Shown piece by piece: positions 36,745-45,315 of a stretch of DNA of 64,000 nt. Source of the DNA: Dehalococcoidia bacterium (GTDB lineage: Bacteria; Chloroflexota; Dehalococcoidia; Lucifugimonadales; UBA3495); assembly GCA_965232835.1 (NCBI GenBank), contig OZ247426.1, forward strand, positions 725,339 to 789,338. Reading direction: 5' to 3'. Under the pieces are notes generated by a model. It was given only the letters and a program-made list of their open reading frames with translations, made no database searches and was not told the DNA's origin. The translations under genes were made by a program, and so were the position numbers. How positions within the stretch are numbered: the stretch's first letter is position 1; each line of letters opens with the position of its first letter.

Positions 36745-38418
36745 ATGCCTGCAATGACCGGCAAGGATGCCCTGGTGCGGATGCTGAAGGCCGAGGGTGT
36801 GGACTACATTTTCGGAAACCCGGGCACCAGCGAGACACCGATGATGGATGCCCTGCAGGATTTTCCGGAGGTGAACTACATCCAGGCTCTGCAGGAGGGC
36901 ACGGCGGTAGGCATGGCAGACGGGTACGCCAGGGCAACCGGACGTCCCGCCTTTGCCAACATACACATCGCCGGCGGACTGGCCAACGGCATCAGCGCGC
37001 TGTACAACGCTTTCCGAGGCGGAACTCCCGTGGTCCTGAGTGCGGGCAATTCCGACACACGGATGCTGCTAAGCGAGCCAACGCTGTCCGGGGACCTGGT
37101 GCAGATGACCCGCCAGTACACCAAGTGGAGCCATGAGATTCATCACGCCGCCGATATTCCCGTGGCAGTGCGAAGGGCATTCAACGAGGCCAAGACACCT
37201 CCTACCGGCCCGACCTTCCTCTCGTTTCCCTGGGACACAATGGACGTGCAGGCGGATATCGACATCGTAGGGTCCAGCCACGGCTATCATAGAATCCGTC
37301 CTGATCGCGATGCACTGGAGCAGGCTTCCCGGCTGCTTTCGCAGGCGGAGAACCCGGTCATCATCATCGGAGACCGGATCGCCCAGTCCGGAGGGGTGGA
37401 GCAGATGGTGCAGGTGGCGGAACGCCTGGGCGCCAGAGTGTTCGCCGCATCATTTTCCGAGGTGAATTTCCCCACCAGCCACCCGCTGTGGTCCGGGATG
37501 CTCAACACCAGCTCTCCGGCCACCCGCCGGCTGCTGTCCGGCGCGGATGTGGCCCTGGCCGTGGGGGCCAGCATTTTCTCTCAATTCCTTTACGTGGATA
37601 CTCCGCTGCTCGACCCCACAACCAGGCTGGTGCATCTGGACAGCTCCACCAGCGAGGTGGAAAAGAACTATCCCACGGAGGTCGGGGTTTATGCCGACCC
37701 CGCCACCGGCCTGGCCGAGCTGGCGGATGCCCTGGACCAGGACATGTCGGGGCCAGCCAAGGAGGCAGCCGCCACCCGCATGGCCGAACTGGGCGAACGA
37801 CGGCGCAGGGCCCAGGAACAGTACCAGGAAAGACTGCGGGAACGCTGGGACAACAACCCGATTGCTGTCGAGCGGATGATGCACGAGTTGGCAGCCGCAG
37901 CGCCCCCGGGAACCATCGTGGCCGACGAGGCAGTGACATCCCGCCCCGCCATGATGCGGGAGTTCAGTTTCGACGAACCTGGCACCTTCTACGGAATACA
38001 GGGAGGAGCCCTGGGATGGGCGATGCCCGGTGCGCTGGGACTCAAGCTGGCGAGACCGGACCGGCCGGTGCTAGCCGTAGTCGGCGACGGGGCCTCGATG
38101 TATACGGTGCAGGCACTGTGGACGGCTGCGACCTACAACATCCCGGTGGTCTACGCCATCTGCAACAACCGGGCCTACCGCATACTCAAGGTAAACATGG
38201 ATATCTACCTCAAGAGGATGCTTAACGAAGATGACCGGGTGAGCGAATACAAGGGAATGGATTTCGCCAATCCCCTGGATCTGTCGGCCATGGCACAGGC
38301 GATGGGTGTCCAGAGTGCAAAAATCAGCGATCCCTCGGAGATTGGACCGACCGCCCGCCGGATGTTCGAGAGCGGAAAACCAGGCCTGCTGGACATCACC
38401 ATTGACGGCTCACTCTGA
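36745..38418 (+). CDS. thiamine-pyrophosphate-dependent enzyme (benzoylformate decarboxylase/acetolactate synthase-like)
   Basis: GVDYIFGNPGTSE N-terminal motif. TPP motif GDGASMYTVQALWTAATYNIPVVYAICNN. Confidence 0.85.
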   Translation: MPAMTGKDALVRMLKAEGVDYIFGNPGTSETPMMDALQDFPEVNYIQALQEGTAVGMADGYARATGRPAFANIHIAGGLANGISALYNAFRGGTPVVLSAGNSDTRMLLSEPTLSGDLVQMTRQYTKWSHEIHHAADIPVAVRRAFNEAKTPPTGPTFLSFPWDTMDVQADIDIVGSSHGYHRIRPDRDALEQASRLLSQAENPVIIIGDRIAQSGGVEQMVQVAERLGARVFAASFSEVNFPTSHPLWSGMLNTSSPATRRLLSGADVALAVGASIFSQFLYVDTPLLDPTTRLVHLDSSTSEVEKNYPTEVGVYADPATGLAELADALDQDMSGPAKEAAATRMAELGERRRRAQEQYQERLRERWDNNPIAVERMMHELAAAAPPGTIVADEAVTSRPAMMREFSFDEPGTFYGIQGGALGWAMPGALGLKLARPDRPVLAVVGDGASMYTVQALWTAATYNIPVVYAICNNRAYRILKVNMDIYLKRMLNEDDRVSEYKGMDFANPLDLSAMAQAMGVQSAKISDPSEIGPTARRMFESGKPGLLDITIDGSL

Positions 38419-38422
38419 CCAT

Positions 38423-38460
38423 TGCAGCCCCGGTCATGCGCTGACAGGACCGGGGCTGCA
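38423..38460 (+). terminator. 13-bp perfect hairpin after the TPP-enzyme gene
   Basis: TGCAGCCCCGGTC-12 nt loop-GACCGGGGCTGCA. Weak U-tract (ttag). Confidence 0.5.
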
Positions 38461-38646
38461 TTAGCTGTATCGTTGATCATCTCTGCGCGCGTCGCAGGCC
38501 CTCGCCATAGGGTATCAAATCCGTTGATACTGATTCCCATGAGTAACCGAGGGGACCCCAGAACATGGGGCTGGATGAAGCTGAAACGGTATCTGAATGC
38601 TCAAGATTTTCACACTTTTGGCACGACTTTTATATTGTTATGTCGT

Positions 38647-38676
38647 TTGACAAATACAATTTATTTACCATATCCT
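38647..38676 (+). promoter_or_regulatory. putative sigma-70-like promoter of the tubulin-like module
   Basis: TTGACA, 18 nt, TATCCT, inside an AT-rich spacer. GAGGAG lies 5 nt before the ATG at 38721. Confidence 0.4.
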
Positions 38677-38720
38677 AGAGCGGTGCAACGATGGCGGCAT
38701 AACGCGCCTGAGGAGCGGGA

Positions 38721-39755
38721 ATGGTAACACTATCGACAGACGCTGGAATGATGCGATTGAACGCCAACAGGAATGTTCAGCGCGTCGTCTCACCTTCCAT
38801 GGTAATCGGGCTCGGCTCCACGAGCTGCCAGATTGTCAGAAAATTGGAGGCGACCTCAGAAAATTGGAGTTTTGAGGACCGCAAGAATCTCGCCTTTCTT
38901 TATATGGATACGCGGGAGGCAACCCGGGGCGAGATCTCCCGTGCAGCCAGGTTCATCCCCCTGGTTCTCCCCCACTTTTCCAACCTTCGGGACATGCGTC
39001 CCTGGATCACCGAGTGTGTGCCTGAGCTGAAGTACCTGAGTCTATCCCGTGAAGGAGCGCTGGGTACGCTGGCCAATGCCGGAGTGGCGGGAAGATTCAA
39101 CTACAGCGATATCCGCGGCCACCTGGACTCCACTATCGAACAGATTTGTCCTTACTACGAGGGGATAACCTATCTCAGGATCCACTTGGTTGCTTTCCTC
39201 GGTGGCGGCACCGTGGGGGCCCTGCCGGTGCTCCTGGCGGCTCTGTCGGAAGTTCGCGGTACTGCGTACAATTTCAGCGTGGTGCTGCACCTGCTGTTGC
39301 CGCAGCGGGGAATGTCCAGAGACCCGGAGACCACCTATCCGCTGCAGCTGCGGAACGCCTATGCGATCCTGCAGTACCTGCGCTCCATCACCGGCGTGCA
39401 GGTCGGTCGTGGCGAGCACACGGGAGGTGACTCCTTTACCATCACCGTTTATCCCGATAAACGAATAGAAGCAATAGGGCCACATTTTGACGTGTGCCTG
39501 TTACATCGATCACCGAAAGACTCTTTGCCCGTACAAAGGAATCACGTGGCCCGTCTCCTGGAGGACCTCGTGGCTGATGCATGGGGTACGGGACAGGACT
39601 GGTGGGCGCGTTTCCACGAAACAATGAGGGAAGCGAATAACCAGGAGGACGCTCGATTCGGTTCCATAAGTTCCAGAGAGATTGGATTGCTTGACGGGTT
39701 TTTCACCCAGACGGCCAAGCAGTATCTCCAAAATCAGTGGCGCAGCAGGCTGTAG
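38721..39755 (+). CDS. FtsZ/tubulin-superfamily GTPase-like protein (Tubulin_2/FtsZl-like), degenerate G-loops
   Basis: Ordered motifs: VIGLGSTSCQIV (T1-like), FLYMDTRE (T2-like), GALGTLANAGVAGR (T3-like), FLGGGTVGALPV (T4; compare FtsZ GGGTGTGAAPV). 344 aa. Confidence 0.65.
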   Translation: MVTLSTDAGMMRLNANRNVQRVVSPSMVIGLGSTSCQIVRKLEATSENWSFEDRKNLAFLYMDTREATRGEISRAARFIPLVLPHFSNLRDMRPWITECVPELKYLSLSREGALGTLANAGVAGRFNYSDIRGHLDSTIEQICPYYEGITYLRIHLVAFLGGGTVGALPVLLAALSEVRGTAYNFSVVLHLLLPQRGMSRDPETTYPLQLRNAYAILQYLRSITGVQVGRGEHTGGDSFTITVYPDKRIEAIGPHFDVCLLHRSPKDSLPVQRNHVARLLEDLVADAWGTGQDWWARFHETMREANNQEDARFGSISSREIGLLDGFFTQTAKQYLQNQWRSRL

Positions 39756-39766
39756 CGGGGGGTAAG

Positions 39767-41314
39767 ATGGCGCGATTCAAGATTCGCCGTAACAGGCCGT
39801 CCTTCAGTGAAATGAGCAAAGTCCTACCGGCTCCGGTGGACCCTCTTTCATTCATTAACACCGGACGCCCGGGAGGTTCCGGGGCCGCCAGAGAGGCATA
39901 CAACCAGATACTCGGTTCCTTTCACGAAGTCCTGGCCGACGTGGAAAGGGCGTTATCTTCTGTCTTGGAGCGCATGCGTCCCGAAGGCAATATCAGCGAC
40001 CGCATGGCCGTAGAGGCCAACAGCGACGTCAGGACTGAACTCGCCAGGGCGAGCACCCTGGTCGACGTCAAGCGCAACGAACTCATCTCCGGAATTTCCT
40101 TCCGGTTACAGGCCATGTTCCTGCAGAACCTTATTTTGGCTCCCGAGCAGGACCCGCCCGTGCGCCGCTGGGCCACGCTGGCGGATCGAGTGGTACAGAG
40201 GGACATGCCGATCGTGTCCGAGCCGACCCACGCCGAGCTGGACGTTAATCCCAAGGAGAGGCGCAAGCGCATCACCAACTGGCAACTCGAAACCGATGAG
40301 TGGCTGGAGACGCTGTGCCTCAATCGCACGGGGGAAGTGATCGCTCATCTCCTGGAGGAGATCGGGGATTACTCGGCATCTTGGTCCGATACGGTGAACC
40401 AGCTTCGCCGGGAATCGGTCGGCGGCGGTCGGCTTTTCCGGGAAGTGACTGACCCCGAGTACTGGACCTTCGACAATGAAGACCCCACGGTCAAGAATCT
40501 GGTGTCGGGAGTGCAGGCCCAGGAAATCGCTGGACGCATTCTCAATCGATTCCAGCTCAGCAACATGGAACTGATGGAGATCTGCCAGACGGTACATCAG
40601 GGCCTCGGAGGGAAGCCGGTCTACGGGTCCGACCGGGTTGATATCCTTGAATTGGAAAACCTGTTGGCCGAAGCGACAGCCGTCAAGATCAAAGACACCG
40701 TGGCCATCGAGGACGGGTTTATTTCCCTGATCTCCATGGGGAGCCGGTCCAACGAGGAACTGGGCGAACTGCTGGTGGAAATGCGGATGGGCGCGGCGGC
40801 CATGGAAGAGAAGATGTGGCGTGTCGGTGAATACCGGCTGGGCCACGTGGACTCGGCTGCCGGCGTCGGTATCACAGCTTCCTCCCTGCATGACTCTGTG
40901 CTGCGGGGCTTGGGCGGCGGGCGCAAGTTTGCGGCGGTCGAAGGCCACCCCAGTAGCAATCACCGGTTCGAAGTGCAGATGTCGACCGTTGGCGCCTCAC
41001 TGTCTGACTTGGCGATTTTCCGTGATATGGTCAACGCTTGGTATTCCTGGCACTTCGAGGAGCGGCGCGGTGAGAACGGAAACCGCAAAGCCCGCATGGA
41101 TGCCATCAGGAAGGAGTCCTGGAAGCTCTACCCTGACATAGGACTGAATTCCGGGGTGAGGCCCGCGGTGATCGAACTGATCGATGACGACCTGAGGCAG
41201 GTCTGGAACACCTCGGGCGATGTCGCTCTACGGCTTGCCTACGGTCATCTGGACGAAGTTGACGCGGAGCAGGTACATGCTCCCGAAAATGGACGCGCCA
41301 GGCTGGCCAACTGA
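39767..41314 (+). CDS. uncharacterised 515-aa partner protein of the tubulin-like gene
   Basis: ATG 11 nt after the upstream TAG (the track ORF begins at GTG 39737). Long open frame in the same orientation, followed directly by a strong terminator. No motif I can name. Confidence 0.6.
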   Translation: MARFKIRRNRPSFSEMSKVLPAPVDPLSFINTGRPGGSGAAREAYNQILGSFHEVLADVERALSSVLERMRPEGNISDRMAVEANSDVRTELARASTLVDVKRNELISGISFRLQAMFLQNLILAPEQDPPVRRWATLADRVVQRDMPIVSEPTHAELDVNPKERRKRITNWQLETDEWLETLCLNRTGEVIAHLLEEIGDYSASWSDTVNQLRRESVGGGRLFREVTDPEYWTFDNEDPTVKNLVSGVQAQEIAGRILNRFQLSNMELMEICQTVHQGLGGKPVYGSDRVDILELENLLAEATAVKIKDTVAIEDGFISLISMGSRSNEELGELLVEMRMGAAAMEEKMWRVGEYRLGHVDSAAGVGITASSLHDSVLRGLGGGRKFAAVEGHPSSNHRFEVQMSTVGASLSDLAIFRDMVNAWYSWHFEERRGENGNRKARMDAIRKESWKLYPDIGLNSGVRPAVIELIDDDLRQVWNTSGDVALRLAYGHLDEVDAEQVHAPENGRARLAN

Positions 41315-41341
41315 TCGCAATTCAGTAAAATCGACTTGTTT

Positions 41342-41380
41342 CACGCCGCCTCTGTTTCTAAGAGGCGGCGTGTTATTTTG
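41342..41380 (+). terminator. rho-independent terminator of the two-gene module
   Basis: CACGCCGCCTC-9 nt loop-GAGGCGGCGTG followed by TTATTTTG. Confidence 0.8.
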
Positions 41381-41476
41381 TCGGGAACCCTTCCTTCGTG
41401 GACCCTAGTGAAGCCCGCCAATATCTGCTGAACCACGGCGGGCATGAATTCGTAACACTCAACAGTGGAGAGACCG

Positions 41477-42289
41477 ATGCAGAGACCCAGATTCAGACTG
41501 GAAGGCAAGGTCGCCATCGTCACGGGCGCCGGTTCCAGCGGCCCAGGCGTCGGAACCGGTAAGGCCACAGCGATTCTGTTTGCTCGTGAAGGCGCCAAAG
41601 TACTGCTGGTAGACCGCTCCCAGCGGCAGGCCGAGGAGACTCTGTCGGCCATCCGCGAGGAGGGCGGAGAGGCGTCGGTGTTCGAGGCCGACGTCACCAG
41701 TTCCGAGGATTGCAGGGCCATGGTGGATTCAGCGATTGAGCGCTACGGGGGCCTGCACGTCCTGTTCAACAACGTGGGCATTCTCGGGCAGGGCAGTGTG
41801 GTGGACGTGGACGAGGAACACTGGGACCAGGTGCTGAACGTCAACCTGAAGTCCATGGTGCTGACCAGCAAGCACGCCATACCGCAGATGGTCGAAGGCG
41901 GCGGAGGATCGATAATAAACGTTACATCGATCGCAGGCTTGCGTGCGGGAAGTACGGGCGCCGCCGTACCCTACGCTGCATCCAAGTCCGGCATCATTGG
42001 TCTGACGTCCACCATGGCGGTCACCCATGGCCGAGACAACATTCGGGTGAACTGCATCGCTCCCGGACACATCTATACGCCCATGGTGGCGGGAGCCATG
42101 GCCGACGAGACTCGCGATCTTCGGCGCCGCGCCGGTCCGCTGGGAACCGAGGGAGACGCCTGGGACATCGCGTGGGCCGCAGTATTCCTGGCCAGCGACG
42201 AGTCCCGCTGGGTATCGGGCATCGTCATGCCCGTGGATGCAGGGTTACTGGCCACCACCCCGCTGGCAATGCTGGACCACCTGCGATAG
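41477..42289 (+). CDS. short-chain dehydrogenase/reductase (SDR)
   Basis: VAIVTGAGSSGPGVGTG, NNVG, YAASKSG (YxxxK). Confidence 0.9.
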   Translation: MQRPRFRLEGKVAIVTGAGSSGPGVGTGKATAILFAREGAKVLLVDRSQRQAEETLSAIREEGGEASVFEADVTSSEDCRAMVDSAIERYGGLHVLFNNVGILGQGSVVDVDEEHWDQVLNVNLKSMVLTSKHAIPQMVEGGGGSIINVTSIAGLRAGSTGAAVPYAASKSGIIGLTSTMAVTHGRDNIRVNCIAPGHIYTPMVAGAMADETRDLRRRAGPLGTEGDAWDIAWAAVFLASDESRWVSGIVMPVDAGLLATTPLAMLDHLR

Positions 42290-42440
42290 CCACCGGCTAT
42301 CTTGCTACAGATGCGGTAACTCGCTCACCCTCAGCTTGTCGAAGGGGGATATCTTCAGCGTCGCATGAGGTCTCTTTGGCAGGGGCGGGTTGGAGACCCG
42401 CCCTTACTATTGCCGGACAAGACTTGAAGCCGGCCGGGTC

Positions 42441-42470
42441 CGCCCTCACCCTCTCCCGGAGGGAGAGGGG
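42441..42470 (+). repeat. REP-like hairpin repeat (family 1, short form)
   Basis: cgccctcaccctctcccggagggagagggg. Confidence 0.6.
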
Positions 42471-42500
42471 ACCTTCCGGAATCCCCGACCCGAAGGGACG

Positions 42501-43454
42501 TTACTCCGCGTCGGGGTGGGTGGTGATGAAGCGAGCGGCGCGGGACGGGTCAACGTGGGGCGCTCTGACTTCGACGTCGGCCTGCTCCTCCTGCAGGCGG
42601 ATGGTCACAGAGCTGTCCATACCGCCCCAGCCGCGATTCATGGCCTCGATGGCGATCTGCTCCGCCAGGTTGGCGACGGGCATGGGCACGTTGAACTCGC
42701 GCCCCAGGTCGGTGGCCAGCCCGATGTCCTTGCGGGCCAGCTCGAGGGCGAAACTGGGCGGGTCGTACTCACCCCGGAACAGCGTGCGCACAACACCCTC
42801 ATGGAGGACGTTCATTCTTCCCAGGGAGCCACGGCGGATGCACTCCCACAGCGGCTCCGGGTCCACACCAGCCTTGACGCCCAGGGTCAGGCCCTCGGCG
42901 ATGGCCTGCCGGACGCCGTGTCCGATCATGTTGTGCACCAGCTTGGCCACTGACCCGGCGCCGACTTCACCCGCATAGAAGACCTTGTCGCCGAAAGCGT
43001 CCAGCAGCGGCTTGACCCGGTCGAAGATCTCTCGCTCGCCTCCCACCATCACGGCCAGGTTGCGAGACTGGGCACCGCTCTTGCCGCCGCTGACCGGCGC
43101 GTCCAGGACGTGAACGCCTTTGGCCCGGAACTTGACCTCCAACTCGCGGATCAGGGTCGGGCGGCTGGTGGACAGGTCGATGTAGATCGAGCCCGGTTTG
43201 ATGCCCTCAAGGATGCCCTCCCTGCTGGTGGCCACAAGCTCCACCTCGCGTGGACCGGGCAGCGAAGTCAGCGTTACCTCGCACCGCTCGGCAACGTCGG
43301 CGGGAGAGCTGCCCAGCCGGGCGCCCGCCTCCAGGAAGGGACGGGTGGCCTCTTCACGCAGGTCGTACACCACCATTGGGTAGCCGGCCTTCTGGATGTT
43401 GCCAGCCATTCCGCCGCCCATGTTGCCCAGTCCAATAAATCCTACGGTCTCCAT
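42501..43454 (-). CDS. NAD(P)-dependent 3-hydroxyisobutyrate/6-phosphogluconate dehydrogenase-like oxidoreductase
   Basis: VGFIGLGNMGGGMAGNI, DAPVSGG, VGAGSVAKLVHNM. Confidence 0.85.
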   Translation of the reverse strand: METVGFIGLGNMGGGMAGNIQKAGYPMVVYDLREEATRPFLEAGARLGSSPADVAERCEVTLTSLPGPREVELVATSREGILEGIKPGSIYIDLSTSRPTLIRELEVKFRAKGVHVLDAPVSGGKSGAQSRNLAVMVGGEREIFDRVKPLLDAFGDKVFYAGEVGAGSVAKLVHNMIGHGVRQAIAEGLTLGVKAGVDPEPLWECIRRGSLGRMNVLHEGVVRTLFRGEYDPPSFALELARKDIGLATDLGREFNVPMPVANLAEQIAIEAMNRGWGGMDSSVTIRLQEEQADVEVRAPHVDPSRAARFITTHPDAE

Positions 43455-43561
43455 TTTTCACCTCTGAAGCCGCAGGATCTCGTTCTCACGCTGCGGCCGT
43501 AGTTTGCCCGCCGATTATAGTACAGACCGCTTGGCTACTCCCGAATCAGAGAGGAGTGGCT

Positions 43562-44254
43562 TCAGGACGGAACCGCCATCTCCGCCAGCGCATTCAGGTC
43601 CGGCACCGTCAGAGTCGGCACGGCGTCGGTGGGGCGGGTGCCGCCGCCGCGATCGGGACGCTTGACCCACACGCAGTCGATGCCCATCTTGTTGGCGGGG
43701 CCGATATCGTGGTAGAGGCTCTCACCGACATGCAGCCAGTGGTCTCGCTCGACTCCCATCAGTTCCTGTGCCTCGTGAAAGTTGTTCAGGTCAGGCTTGT
43801 AGCTTTGGGCCTGCTGGGAGGTCATCACCGCACTGAAATTGACTCCCAATGCCTCTTCGGACTGGCGGAACAGGTCATCGTCCACGTTGGAGATGATCGC
43901 CAGCTTGTAGCGGGACTGCAGCTGCTTCAGGGACTCCGGCGCCTCCGGAAATATCGGCCACCGGGGCAGAGAATCGGGGAGGGACTCGGCTTCTGACGCA
44001 GTCAGCCGGATGCTTGCCTCCCACGCCATGATCTGCATGACGTCTCGCAACACCCTCCGGTACTCGAGAAACTCGCCTGAGGACTGTACGCGGGGTTCAG
44101 ACGCGGCAAACAGGGCCAGGATTTCATCCCTGCTCTTTCGCACCCGATGCCGAGCGAAAATCGCGGCAACCGCATCCGAGATGCCGGTCTCCCAGTCGAC
44201 CAGGGTGCCGTAGCAGTCGAAGCTGATCCTTTCGTAGCGGCTGAAATCGAGCAC
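43562..44254 (-). CDS. HAD-superfamily hydrolase (haloacid dehalogenase type II-like)
   Basis: ISFDCYGTLVDWE (motif I), ISN (II), GESLYHDI. Preferred start is the GTG at 44254 after GGGAGA; the track ORF extends to 44320. Confidence 0.8.
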   Translation of the reverse strand: MLDFSRYERISFDCYGTLVDWETGISDAVAAIFARHRVRKSRDEILALFAASEPRVQSSGEFLEYRRVLRDVMQIMAWEASIRLTASEAESLPDSLPRWPIFPEAPESLKQLQSRYKLAIISNVDDDLFRQSEEALGVNFSAVMTSQQAQSYKPDLNNFHEAQELMGVERDHWLHVGESLYHDIGPANKMGIDCVWVKRPDRGGGTRPTDAVPTLTVPDLNALAEMAVPS

Positions 44255-44410
44255 TTGGTTTCTCCCAGGAGGATTTAACTCGGCAACCATCGCCAGATGG
44301 CACCGACATGTTACCAGCACGGCTTATCTTTGAGGGTCGGCGTTTTTTCAGATACACTTGCCCGGATTCGCTCAGGATCCAAATTTCCGAAAGGGCTTAC
44401 GAGGTGCTCC

Positions 44411-45217
44411 GTGCTGTTCCCCACTCCCGAGACCGACCGCCTGCTGTACAACCTGGACAACGGGCTGCCATCGCTGTGCGCCTACGTGTTCAGCCATCCC
44501 AACATGGTGGAGGTGGCGGGCATCGCGGGCATGGACGCATTCATGGCAGACATGATGTTCACGGCCCACGACTGGGACAACATCGCGCACCTGATCAGGG
44601 CGGCCCGTGGCACTGGCATCTCTCCGTTGATCCGGGTGCAGGCGTTTCCGTGGGCCACCGGCACCGACCGCCGTACCGTTTCCGACGCATCCCGCGCCCT
44701 GTCGCTGGGGGCCACCGCGGTCACCGTGTCAGTCGGGTCGAAGGAGGAGGTGCAGGAACTGATGGGACTGCGCGACGACTGGCACCGGCTGATCCACCTG
44801 CGCCGCTTCAACACCGCCGAGGAATTCCCGGAGTTCAACCAGAAGACCCGCGAGGGCACGCTGGTCGTGCCCACGGTCGAGAGCGAGGGCGGCCTGCGCG
44901 ACCTGGACGAGATTCTGGCCATCGACGGCATCCGTCTGGTCTGGCTCGCCGCTGGGGACATCACCAAGATATTGGGCGTGCCTTTCAAGTACGACGACCC
45001 CAAGGTGATGCGGTTGCTGGAGAACGCGGTCAAGACGGGCGAAAAGCACGGCGCGGCCATCATGTACAACATGGGCCTGGACTCGCCGGACTTCGACACC
45101 ATGGCCGACTCGGCCCGCCGCTACTTCGAAGTGGGGGTGCGAGTAGTCGGCCTGGGGGCCATGGAGTGGCACATGCAGATGGCCCTGCAGCATATACGCC
45201 GCCGGGCCATTGGGTAA
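44411..45217 (+). CDS. HpcH/HpaI aldolase/citrate-lyase-beta family protein
   Basis: MVEVAGIAGMDAFMADMMFTAHDW, VPTVESEGGLRDLDEILAIDGI, AAGDI. Start uncertain (GTG at 44411 proposed; the track ORF begins at 44297). Confidence 0.7.
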   Translation: MLFPTPETDRLLYNLDNGLPSLCAYVFSHPNMVEVAGIAGMDAFMADMMFTAHDWDNIAHLIRAARGTGISPLIRVQAFPWATGTDRRTVSDASRALSLGATAVTVSVGSKEEVQELMGLRDDWHRLIHLRRFNTAEEFPEFNQKTREGTLVVPTVESEGGLRDLDEILAIDGIRLVWLAAGDITKILGVPFKYDDPKVMRLLENAVKTGEKHGAAIMYNMGLDSPDFDTMADSARRYFEVGVRVVGLGAMEWHMQMALQHIRRRAIG

Positions 45218-45315
45218 GCAGGTTTGGAATTGGGAATGCGGAATTGAGAATTGGGAATCAGGATTCCTTATTGCAGCCGGTTCCCAAGCTGAATGTATTG
45301 ATCTTGCACATTCAT

